From: Acidobacteriota bacterium
GTDB lineage: Bacteria; Acidobacteriota; UBA6911; RPQK01; JAJDTT01
Length of the DNA: 64,000 bases
Assembly: GCA_965263035.1 (NCBI GenBank)
Contig: OZ253580.1
Coordinates: 608,001-672,000 of the forward strand
Direction: 5' to 3'
Shown: positions 9,955 to 20,700 of the stretch, one piece after another
How the letters are laid out: each line of letters begins with the position of its first letter
Position numbering within the stretch: the stretch's first letter is position 1
The notes under the pieces: generated by a model
Database searches by the model: none
What the model saw: the letters and a program-made list of their open reading frames with translations, nothing else
What the model was told of the DNA's origin: nothing
Translations under genes and position numbers: made by a program

Positions 9955-11240
9955 CTACTTTGCGTAGAGAATGATGTCGTTGTTCTTTTTCGCGATTTCC
10001 ATCACGCGGCTGATTATCTGGTTACGTTTTCTCACAAGGTTCGGTAACACCAGGAACCGAGGCTGGAGCAGCGTCTTCTGAATCTCGGCCTTCAGTCTAT
10101 TGCGTGCTGGAATACTTTCCCAAAATCCCGTCAGCTTCAACTCTCGCTCGATCACCAGTGAGGCACTCTGCGTCAATGCGACCAAGTGGCTGATCTTGTC
10201 GTCTTCGCTCAATCCGTAATGCGGACTTGTTTCAGCCACCATCAATACTTCAGTGTCTACCCCAAACAGCTCTCGTCGAAATATGCGAAAGAACGGCATT
10301 TGCTTCTTGCGGTGAAGCCCATAGGTCGGCTCCCGGCTGGCGGTGATGATCCGCCGCCGCAATTTCTCCAATTCTTCGTGAATTTTTTCCCAGTTGTCCC
10401 GGAAATCCTGAAATATCTGCGCCAGAGCTTTCGCGAAGGACGCTTGCAAGTCCGGGTCGTCATCCAACTCGATGTCGAGGTAGTGGCGGATAGCATGCTC
10501 AATCTCCGCCGCTTTGGTCTTTGTGCGACTGCGCTTGACAACGTTCTTCTGGAAGTCCTGGTCCAAAATCGAAATTGGTTCGACCATCTGATCGATACTC
10601 TTCGACTTCAGGTACTTGTCTGTAAGCACGCGCAGCTTCGGCGGGATGCCTTTCATGCTCAGGCGCCGGTCCCGGAGGTGCTTGCCTGCCAGGACGTTGA
10701 TTTCAGAGAGGGCGTTGTAGTCGCCCATGAACTTCAATGCCTGCCGTGAGGGGAAGACGAGGTTCAGGCACTTGGTGAACTTCTTGAACGCCTTCATGTA
10801 GTCAAAACGGAGGTCTTCGTCGTAAAACACATCGAAGAAGGCATCATGGTCCGTCAGATCTGTCAGGCCATGATCCTCAAGCAACGTTATAACTACCGCA
10901 TGACTATTCTTGTGATTGTGTAACTCTTCTTCGGGAAAGCTGAGGGCGTCGATGACTTCCTTCTGTTCTCGCTCGTCATAAACGTCGATGGCTCTCTTGA
11001 GGTGATGACCGATGCCGACGTAATCGATCACGAAGCCTTTGTCCTTGGCATCCCCTCCGACCCGGTTCACCCGGGCGATGGCCTGCAACAGGTTGTGGTC
11101 GGTGATGACCTTGTCCAGGTAAATAACCTGCTCCAAAGGAGCATCGAAACCGGTGATGAGCATGTTGTTGACGACGAGGATGCCCATATTCCCGGTACCG
11201 CCTCCATCTTCGCTCCCGAACGCCATCTTGAAACTCTTTG
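9955..11240 (-). pseudogene. hsdR: type I restriction enzyme R subunit, C-terminal part only
   Basis: MLITGFDAP and [10 protein letters not shown] helicase motifs V/VI present; nuclease and Walker A/B regions missing. Confidence 0.85.
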
Positions 11241-11393
11241 TGCGCGCTTGCGATCGAATTCGTCGGAAAGCCGTTTCAGAAACAGCATTCCGAAGATGAA
11301 TTCTTTGAACTCGGACGCATCCATTTTGCCGCGCAGGATGTCGGCGGCTTTGAACAGAAAGGACTCCAACCGGACCAGGGTGATTTTATTCAT
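11241..11393 (-). pseudogene. hsdM: type I RM methyltransferase, N-terminal ~50 aa only
   Basis: [38 protein letters not shown] is the HsdM N-terminal domain; then joins hsdR out of frame. Confidence 0.85.
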
Positions 11394-11481
11394 CCGTCAT
11401 CTGGGGGGACGAACCGCGACCCGTCGCCACGCGCCGTCGAAAAGTAGATGTTTGTCCTCGTCATAATTTCGAGTCAGGTGC

Positions 11482-11874
11482 TCATGTGGTGCGGTCCAGA
11501 AAGGCACGCGGGGAGAAAACCTCCACGGAGCCGTACCGCGACTCCGTGAAATCCCGGCTATTGCCAGTGATGAGAACCGCACCGCCGGCCGTTGCGGTTG
11601 CCAAGTAGACTTCATCATCCTGGTCGCTCAGGCCGAATGTCACATTCGGCGGCTCGACCAAGATGGCAACTCGTTCGAGGTGTCTGATGGCAGTCGTCAG
11701 GGAATCGCGGTAAGTGGCATGCTTGGGTCGTTCGGCGACGGTCCCGTATTCCGCTACGATGAACTCCGAAAGGACGATCTCGTGCCGACGCACTCCAACG
11801 TCGATCACCTTGTGGCACACGCCGTCAGTTCGAGCGGCCGCAACCAGAACGTTGCAGTCGATGACAACCTTCAT
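11482..11874 (-). CDS. PIN-family toxin of a TA pair
   Basis: KVVIDCNVLV, DQDDEVYL, LITGNSRDF. Confidence 0.85.
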   Translation of the reverse strand: MKVVIDCNVLVAAARTDGVCHKVIDVGVRRHEIVLSEFIVAEYGTVAERPKHATYRDSLTTAIRHLERVAILVEPPNVTFGLSDQDDEVYLATATAGGAVLITGNSRDFTESRYGSVEVFSPRAFLDRTT

Positions 11875-12164
11875 TCCTCGCGTTTGCGGCGCTCTCGGCG
11901 GGACGCGGCGATGTCGGCGATGGTGTCTTCCATGATCTCGTCCTCGGAGCGGCCAGCGTCTTCGGACGAAATCTCCACCGCCGCGAATTTGGCGGCGATA
12001 CGGTCGGCGGCGGAATTTCGGTCCACAACGCCCATGGGCCGAAGGAGGATGCCGTCTCCGACTACGGTGACCTCCATGATGTCGCCTTCACGCAGATTGA
12101 TGCCTCTACGCAACTTGGCGGGAATAGTGACCTGGAACTTCGGCTTCACTGTGACCAGCGGCAT
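11871..12164 (-). CDS. AbrB/MazE/SpoVT-family antitoxin
   Basis: KFQVTIPAKLRRGINLREGD; ATGA overlap with PIN gene. Confidence 0.88.
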   Translation of the reverse strand: MPLVTVKPKFQVTIPAKLRRGINLREGDIMEVTVVGDGILLRPMGVVDRNSAADRIAAKFAAVEISSEDAGRSEDEIMEDTIADIAASRRERRKREE

Positions 12165-12489
12165 GGCGACCCGATATCGAAGTCAGATAATCATATATTC
12201 AATACCGTAGGGTGTGCCCATCCGCAATCCAGGCACGGGGGACCTTGGCAGGGTCGGACCAAGCGTGCGGAGTGTGGGTCTTGCTGACCGTGCAACGCCA
12301 CTCAGCAGCCCCCAGATCAATTTCCGGCCACTTGCGCGGCACAACTCTCACCAGGGCTGCACGACGACGAGGAGAGCCGACCGCAATCAGCGTCCCCTGG
12401 TACCCTTCGCTCTCAGCAACGCGGCAATCTGAATGCCTTCGCCAGAACCCGATGGAGGGGTGGCAGTAGCGAATCGTTGGATGTGGGAC

Positions 12490-12577
12490 TGGTGCCGGAG
12501 GCGGGATTCGAACCCGCACACCCTGTCGGGCGCCACCCCCTCAAGATGGTGTGTCTGCCAAGTTCCACCACTCCGGC
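12490..12577 (-). tRNA. tRNA-Leu(GAG)
   Basis: GCCGGAG acceptor stem, anticodon loop TTGAGGG, long variable arm, GGTTCGAATCC, encoded CCA; canonical position after secG. Confidence 0.97.
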
Positions 12578-12583
12578 ACGTAC

Positions 12584-12901
12584 CTACTGCTGGTCCTCCG
12601 GCACCGCCTCGGCCGGCGGGGTTTCCGGAGCCTCTCCCGTCACCGGCACGTCCTCCATCACCGTGGACTCCGTCCCCTGCGTGAAGAGGATCGCCAATCC
12701 CAAAGAGGTCACCATGAAGATCACGGCACACACGGCGGTCCCCTTGGTGAGAAGCGTCGCCGCTGACCGGGCGCCGAACGCCGCCTGGCTGGTGGTCCCG
12801 CCGAACGCGGAAGCCAAGTCTCCCGCCTTGCCCGACTGCAGGAGCACGACCAGAATCAGAATCATGCAGGCGAATATGTGGAAAATCGTCAAGAAGGTCA
12901 T
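12584..12901 (-). CDS. secG: preprotein translocase subunit SecG
   Basis: VLLQSGKAGDLASAFGG; two TM helices; synteny with tpiA and tRNA-Leu. Confidence 0.95.
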   Translation of the reverse strand: MTFLTIFHIFACMILILVVLLQSGKAGDLASAFGGTTSQAAFGARSAATLLTKGTAVCAVIFMVTSLGLAILFTQGTESTVMEDVPVTGEAPETPPAEAVPEDQQ

Positions 12902-13014
12902 TTTGCTCTCTCAATGCCTCTGCGGGCCGGGCGCCAAACCGGGCGGCCAAGTCCCAAATCAGCGAACTACTGTCCTCTTCGGTCTCCAAAAAACGGGCCG
13001 TGGCCCCATTATAC

Positions 13015-13785
13015 TCATTTGAACTCGACAATCCGCGCGAAAGAGCCGGCGTCAAGACTGGCGCCACCCACCAGGGCGCCGTCGATGTTCTCCCGGCTCA
13101 TCAGCTCTCCCGCGTTGGCCGGCTTGACACTCCCGCCGTAAAGAATCCTCACCGCTGCCGCCATGGCCGCCGAACAGCGCCGGGCCAACCACTCCCGGAT
13201 CATGCCATGCACCTGGTCGGCGATGTCCGGAGTCGCCGTCATTCCGGTGCCGATGGCCCAGACCGGCTCGTAGGCCACCACCAAGCCACCCAGACACGAG
13301 GCATCCACCCCTGCCAGCGCTCCCGACAGCTGTGCCTGGATCACTGCTTCCGCCCGGCCGGCCTCCCGCTGGGCCAGAGACTCCCCCACGCACAGGATCG
13401 GGATCAGAGGAGTGGAGAGCACGGTCCTGAGCTTGCGGGAGACGGCCTCATCCGTTTCGAAGAAACATTGGCGCCTTTCCGAGTGTCCCAGCAGGACGTA
13501 CCTGCAACCGCAATCCAGGAGCATCCCGGCCGAAATCTCACCAGTGAAGGCGCCCTCGTCCTCCCAGTGGAGGTTCTGTCCTCCCAATTGGATGCCGGAC
13601 CCGGAGAGAGCCTCCTTGACGGCCGCCAACGCGGTAAACGGCGGGCACACGACCACCTCGCGAGACTGCAGCGCAGGCCCGCCGGTCAAGAGCAACTTCA
13701 ACTGCGCCGCCGTTCCCATCGCCTGGGAAATCGTCTTGAACATCTTCCAGTTCGCGGCAATGATGGGTGTTCTCTGATGGCTCAA
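13015..13785 (-). CDS. tpiA: triose-phosphate isomerase
   Basis: ANWKM, GHSERR, AYEPVWAIGTG, LVGGASL; TTG start with GGAGG RBS. Confidence 0.97.
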   Translation of the reverse strand: MSHQRTPIIAANWKMFKTISQAMGTAAQLKLLLTGGPALQSREVVVCPPFTALAAVKEALSGSGIQLGGQNLHWEDEGAFTGEISAGMLLDCGCRYVLLGHSERRQCFFETDEAVSRKLRTVLSTPLIPILCVGESLAQREAGRAEAVIQAQLSGALAGVDASCLGGLVVAYEPVWAIGTGMTATPDIADQVHGMIREWLARRCSAAMAAAVRILYGGSVKPANAGELMSRENIDGALVGGASLDAGSFARIVEFK

Positions 13786-13820
13786 CTTGATCCCTCCACT
13801 GATCTCACCTTCCGCAGGCG

Positions 13821-15014
13821 TCAGGTCCTCCCGGTCAAGGCCACAACCCCGGGCAGGGTCTTTCCGGCCAGATAGGCCAGGGACGCTCCTCCACCGGTGG
13901 AAACGTGATCGATAGAATCCCGGACCCGGGCCCGGCCGACTGCGGCCGCCGAGTCCCCGCCGCCGACGACCGAAAAGGCTCGGGAAGCCCCCACCGACCG
14001 GGCCACCTCCAGCGTCCCGGCGGCGAACTCCTCCACTTCGAATACACCGAGTGGCCCGTTCCAAATGACGGTTTCGGCCTTTTCGATCTCCTGGCGGAAA
14101 CGCCGGCGGGTTCCGGGTCCGATATCCAACCCCATCCGATCGGGCGGAATCGACTCTACCGGGACCGTCCAAGTCTCCTCTCCAGAAGCGCACTTGCGGG
14201 CAACCACGACATCCTCGGGAAGCATCAGGCGAGTCCCGCACTCATCGGCGTGCCGGAGTGCTCTGCGGGCCGTCTCCAGGCAGGAGTCCTCCACCAGCGA
14301 GCGTCCCACATCGATTCCGAGAGCCTTGAGAAAGGTGAAGGCCATGCCCCCGCCCATCAAAATGGTGTCGGCCAAGGACAGGAAGTTCTCGATCACGCCG
14401 ATCTTGCCCGACACCTTGGCGCCTCCCAATATGGCCACCACCGGAGGACGGGGGGCGGAGAGCACCCGATCCAGGTAACGGAACTCCTTCTCCATCAGGA
14501 GTCCGGCTGCTCCGCGTCCCAGGACCTGGGGCACCCCGACGGTGGAGGCGTGTGTTCTATGGGCCGTGCCGAACGCGTCGTTGACGTACTCCTCGGCGGG
14601 AGCCGCCAGTTGGCCGGCGAAATCAAGATCGTTCTCCACCTCACCGGAATGGAATCGCAGGTTTTCCAGCAGCAGGATTTCTCCCGGCCCGAGAGAGTCC
14701 ACGGCCCGCCGGACCGGCGGGCCCACGCAATCCCCGACGAATCGAACCGAACTGCCCAACAGCGACGAGAGACACCCGGACACCGGATCCAGCGACAGGG
14801 ACGGGTCACGCATACCCTTGGGTCGGCCCAGGTGGGACGCCAACACCACTCTCGCGCCCTTGTCGACGGCAACCCTGAGGGTCGGGATCGAGGCCCGGAT
14901 GCGGGTGTCGTCGACGACCCTCCCGGTCCGAATGGGCACGTTGTAATCGACTCGGAGGAAGAGTGCTCTTCCCGTCAGCTCCAAGTCTCGAATAGATCGC
15001 TTCTGTGGATACAC
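13821..15014 (-). CDS. pgk: phosphoglycerate kinase
   Basis: RVDYNVP, SHLGRP, LENLRF, NDAFG, STGGGASL. Confidence 0.97.
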   Translation of the reverse strand: MYPQKRSIRDLELTGRALFLRVDYNVPIRTGRVVDDTRIRASIPTLRVAVDKGARVVLASHLGRPKGMRDPSLSLDPVSGCLSSLLGSSVRFVGDCVGPPVRRAVDSLGPGEILLLENLRFHSGEVENDLDFAGQLAAPAEEYVNDAFGTAHRTHASTVGVPQVLGRGAAGLLMEKEFRYLDRVLSAPRPPVVAILGGAKVSGKIGVIENFLSLADTILMGGGMAFTFLKALGIDVGRSLVEDSCLETARRALRHADECGTRLMLPEDVVVARKCASGEETWTVPVESIPPDRMGLDIGPGTRRRFRQEIEKAETVIWNGPLGVFEVEEFAAGTLEVARSVGASRAFSVVGGGDSAAAVGRARVRDSIDHVSTGGGASLAYLAGKTLPGVVALTGRT

Positions 15015-15064
15015 CTGGACTCACCTCGACAGAGCCGATCCGAGTCGCCGCTCGGGAAAGCCGG

Positions 15065-16087
<1,023 letters not shown>

Positions 16088-16210
16088 TCAGTCCTTCGAG
16101 AAACGGCGGCCAGTATAACAGTCCGGTCCAACAGTCCTGACGGCACATGGTCCGACCTGCACCCCGCCGCCGGTGCCGCCGCCCCGCAGGTACGGACCGG
16201 CGAATTTCCG

Positions 16211-17200
16211 CTATACGCCATTTCCCGGGCACCCGGCGCGGGTCTCGGCGGGGCGTGACGCAGCCCGATCTCCGGATTCCGAGTAGGGATCCGCGCCGCC
16301 GTTCCCAGTGTGGAAACGCCTGTGCCCCCAGAGCCAGCAGTGGGGAAACTCGCGAACCATCTCCTCGATGTACCGGTTGAAACGGGCGGTGTTGGTCCGG
16401 GCGTCTTCCTCGTCATTCCCGGTCCTGACCAGTGCCACCGCGGGATAGAAGCGAATCCGGTAGTAGCCCCGCCGCCGGGCCGGACAAATGAATCCGGGGA
16501 CCACGGGGTGGGAGGTCCTCAAGGCCAGAACCGCCACTCCGGCATGGGTGCTGGCCAGACGTCCGAACAGAGGGACGAAGACTCCATCCTTCCGCTGCGT
16601 GTTCTGGTCGATGAGGAGCCCCACGTCGCTTCCCTGGGAAAGCCCCCGCAATATACTTCTCATGGAATGCCGCTTGGGCAGGACCTGGTTGCCGGGCCAA
16701 CTCCGGATTCGGGTGACCCAGGATTCCAGATAGGGATTGTCGAGAGAGCGCACCACAAAGCCCAAGGGATATCCGGCAAGTGCGTGGGCCGCCGGGAGCA
16801 GTTCCCAGCAACTCACATGGGCGGTCAGGAAAATCACGGATCCGGTCCGGTTCTTGGCCTCCAGATAGTTTTCCAGCCCCCGGCCCGGCTCGTAGCTCAC
16901 CCGGCTGCGAATCTCAGAAGCCTCCTGTCGATTCAGACGACTCAATTCGACGGTGTGGTGGCCTTGCTGGCGGTAACTTTCCAGCAGGACATGCCGGCGC
17001 CAGCGCTCGTCGCTGCCGGGGAACGCGATCTTCAGGTTGATCATGCCGATACGTCGGTGCTTGGCGTCGGCGAGATAGACCAGTCCGGCGAGGCCTCGGC
17101 AGAGAGGGTAGGCGATGAACCGGGGCAAAAACCCCACGATCTCCACGAAACCGCGAACGGCGAGATAGAGCGGCAGGTCGAACCAGCGACGGGGCTTCAT
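16211..17200 (-). CDS. lipid A biosynthesis acyltransferase (LpxL/HtrB family)
   Basis: TAHVSCWE, LIDQ, WLWGHRRF; start trimmed to MKPRRW. Confidence 0.88.
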   Translation of the reverse strand: MKPRRWFDLPLYLAVRGFVEIVGFLPRFIAYPLCRGLAGLVYLADAKHRRIGMINLKIAFPGSDERWRRHVLLESYRQQGHHTVELSRLNRQEASEIRSRVSYEPGRGLENYLEAKNRTGSVIFLTAHVSCWELLPAAHALAGYPLGFVVRSLDNPYLESWVTRIRSWPGNQVLPKRHSMRSILRGLSQGSDVGLLIDQNTQRKDGVFVPLFGRLASTHAGVAVLALRTSHPVVPGFICPARRRGYYRIRFYPAVALVRTGNDEEDARTNTARFNRYIEEMVREFPHCWLWGHRRFHTGNGGADPYSESGDRAASRPAETRAGCPGNGV

Positions 17201-17271
17201 CGGACCGGACCCTTGAAAACGGGAACAACGAGGCTCCGCACCCGGGTTCCTACCGGGGCACGATCGGCCTC

Positions 17272-17737
17272 CTAGGAACCTGCGCCGCAGAAATCGATCT
17301 ACTGCGAAAGCGGTAGAATCGGTCCATATTTCCCCGATTTCTCGGCGAATAGAACAACTATGCACCTCCAAATCGAGAAAATCTGGCCTCGATTCCCCAC
17401 TTTCTCGCTACGATCATTTCTACCGCGCAGACTCCGAGGCCCCACAGTAGGCCAAAATCAAGAGTTTCACACCGCATGCCCCGCTTCAAGTCAGAGTTCC
17501 TGCGGCTCCGGCAACGGGAATTGATGACCCATTCCCCCGCAGGCGCCATGGCGACTTTCAGCCCTGATCCCCAGCAGCTCGTGGCAAACGTCGTCACGGC
17601 ATTCGACCGTCCCTGCATCGTGCGCGGACTGCGTTGCTATCGGCTCACATTCTCCCGGCAGGCTCCCTCATCGCGCTTTGTCCGGCGGGCGCAGGACCGG
17701 TCTCGGTGCTCGCGGGACTTTCACCACGGACTGCTAG
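17272..17737 (+). mobile_element. possible internally deleted IS5/IS1182-type remnant
   Basis: CTAG at both ends; right end GACTTTCACCACGGACTGCTAG recurs (20/21) at 39802-39822; frame begins MPRFK and reads DFHHGLL through the end; left and right ends match poorly. Confidence 0.35.
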
Positions 17738-17777
17738 AATTGGTCCAAGCAAGGCACCGACAGCCTGGGAACGATTC

Positions 17778-20700
17778 ATGGTCCAGTTTCAACCCGTGGT
17801 GCAGGAGTGGTTTCGAGCCCGGTTCGGCGAGCCGACCGAGCCCCAGCGTCTCGGGTGGCCCGCCATTCAGAGGGGTGAGAACGTCCTCATCGCCGCCCCC
17901 ACCGGCTCGGGGAAAACGCTGGCCGCCTTTCTCTGCGCCATTGACCGGCTCATCGGTCAGAGTACCCGCCATGAACTCTCCCAGAACACCCAGATCGTGT
18001 ACGTCTCGCCGTTGAAGGCCTTGGCCAACGACATCCGCATGAACTTGCTGGAACCCTTGGAGCAGATTCAGCAATTGGGGAATTCCCGGGGCATGGAGCT
18101 CTCCCCCATACAAGCGCTGGTCCGGACCGGAGACACCCTGGCCCGGGAACGCGCCCGAATGACGCGAACCCCTCCGCACATCCTGGTCACGACTCCCGAG
18201 TCCCTCTTCATCCTGCTCACTTCCCGTGGCGGAAGAACGATGCTGAAGGAGACCCGAACCGTGATCGTCGACGAGATTCACGCCCTGGCCCGCGACAAGA
18301 GGGGCGCTCACCTGAGTCTCTCCCTGGAGCGGCTGGAGGATCTCACCGGAAGCGCATTTCAGAGAATCGGCCTCTCGGCGACCCAGAAACCGATCCGGGA
18401 GGTGGCCGGATTTCTCACCGGACCCAATCGCCGGGCCCGCATCATCGACGTGGGTCACCGCCGGAAGATGGATCTGGCCATCGAGGTCCCCGGTGCCGAG
18501 CGGGGGGCGGTCATCTCCCACGAGACCTGGGACGACGTCTACAATCGCATCACCGAGCTCATGGAGGAGCACCGCTCCACCCTGGTCTTCGTCAATACCC
18601 GGCGACTGGCCGAACGCCTGGCACATCAACTGGCCCAGCGGGTCGGCGAATCGGCCGTTCAGGCCCACCATGGGAGCCTGTCCCGCGAGATCCGACTGGA
18701 CGTGGAGTCGCGGTTGAAACGGGGCGAACTCAAAGGAGTCGTGGCCACCGCCTCGCTGGAGTTGGGAATCGACGTGGGCTGGGTGGATCTGGTCTGTCAA
18801 ATCGGCTCGACGCGCAGCATCTCTCTCCTGCTCCAGAGAGTGGGCCGATCCGGACACTGGAAAGGCGCCATTCCCAAGGGTCGAATCTTTCCAACGACTC
18901 GGGACGAACTGCTGGAGTGCGCCGCCCTGGTCCGATCCATCCACGACGGAACCTTGGACCGCATCATCATGCCCCGGTGCCCGCTGGACATCCTGGCGCA
19001 GCAGATGGTGGCCGCCGCGGCTTCCCGGGAGTGGGGTGACGACGAAATGTTTTCCAGGTTTCGCCGAGCCGCCTCCTACCGGGACTTGAGCCGGCAGGAC
19101 TTCGACCGGATTCTGGCCATGCTCTCCGAGGGCATCTCCACCCGCCGGGGCCGCCGGGGAGCCCACCTCCACTGGGACCGGATCCGGGGAAGGATCCGGC
19201 CGCGAAGAGGCGCGGGCCTGGTGGCCATGACTTCAGGCGGAGCCATTCCCGACAGGGCCGACTTCCTGGTGAAGGAAGAGCCCGAAGATACGGTGGTGGG
19301 GACCTTGGACGAGGACTTCGCCGTCGAGAGCAGCCGAGGTGACATCTTCCTCCTGGGCAGCACCTCCTGGAGGATCCAGCGGGTGGAATCGGGAACGGTG
19401 CGGGTCCGGAACGCCCAGGGAGCCCCGCCCACCGTCCCCTTTTGGCGTGGAGAGGCTCCTGGGCGGACCTGGGAACTGTCTCATTCCCTGTCCCGGCTCC
19501 GGGAGGAGATCGTGCGGATGAGCGATGCCCGGGCCGAAGAGTGGCTCCGGAAGGACTGTGGCCTCGACCAGTTCGGCGCCATCCAGGCGATCCGATACGT
19601 CCGGGCCGGCGCCGCGGCGCTGAAAATGCCGCCGACGTTGGAATGCGTCGTGGCGGAGAGATTCTTCGACGAATCGGGCGGGATGCAGCTGGTCGTTCAC
19701 GCTCCCTTCGGCACCCGCATCAACCGGGCCTGGGGCCTGGCGCTGAGAAAGCGCTTCTGCCGTTCCTTCAACTTCGAGCTGCAGGCGGCCGCCACCGACA
19801 ACGGCATCCTGATCTCCCTGAGCGACCAGCACAGTTTTCCGTTGGAGACGATCTTCTCCTTTCTTTCCACCGCGACCGTGAAGGAGATCCTGATTCAGGC
19901 CCTGCTGGATACGCCTCTGTTCGGAACCCGATGGCGCTGGAACGCCTGCCGCGCCCTTGCGGTTCCCCGCTTTGCCGGGGGCCGTAAGGTCCCGCCGCCG
20001 CTGCAGCGCATTCGATCCGACGATCTGCTGGCTTCCGTATTTCCGGAACAGGCCGCCTGCCAGGAGAATATCCAGGGCGACATCGCCGTTCCCGATCACC
20101 CCCTGGTCCAGGAGACCCTTCACGATTGCCTCACCGAGGCCACGGACATCGAGGGCCTGGAAGAAATTCTGGCCCGAATCGAGACTGGAAACATTCGTGC
20201 TACGGCTGTGAATACGCGGGAACCGTCTCCCTTCAGCCACGAGATCCTCAATGCCAATCCGTATGCCTTTCTGGACGACGCGCCCCTGGAGGAACGCCGG
20301 GCCCGCGCCGTCCGGACCCGGCGCAGCATCCTGCCCGAGGAGGCTCGGGAGCTGTGCGATCTGGATCCCGGGGCCATTCGGGAGGTCTGCGCCCAAGCCT
20401 GGCCTGCGATACGGGACGCGGATGAGCTTCACGACGCGTTCCTGACCCTGGGCCTGATGGAGGAATCGGAAGTCGCACCCCACGCCGACCTGTTGCGGCA
20501 GCTCCTCGCGGAGGACCGGGTGCGCCGAGTTCGACTGCCGGAGACGTCCGAGGACGCTGGACCTGGCCGGGCGTCCGGTTATTTCGCGTCGGCCGAGCGG
20601 ACGAGGCTGGTCCGAACGGCCTACCCCGGAGCGCGCTTCGAGCCGGAGGGCGGGTGCGACGAGGACGAACTCGTCTGGGAGCGCGACCGGGACCTGGATC

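Noticed and set aside
12207-12240. GTAGGGTGTGCC..GGCAC REP-like motif
   Set aside because: Stem too weak and single copy.
12387-13067. ORFs spanning the tRNA
   Set aside because: Overlap tRNA-Leu and secG; spurious.
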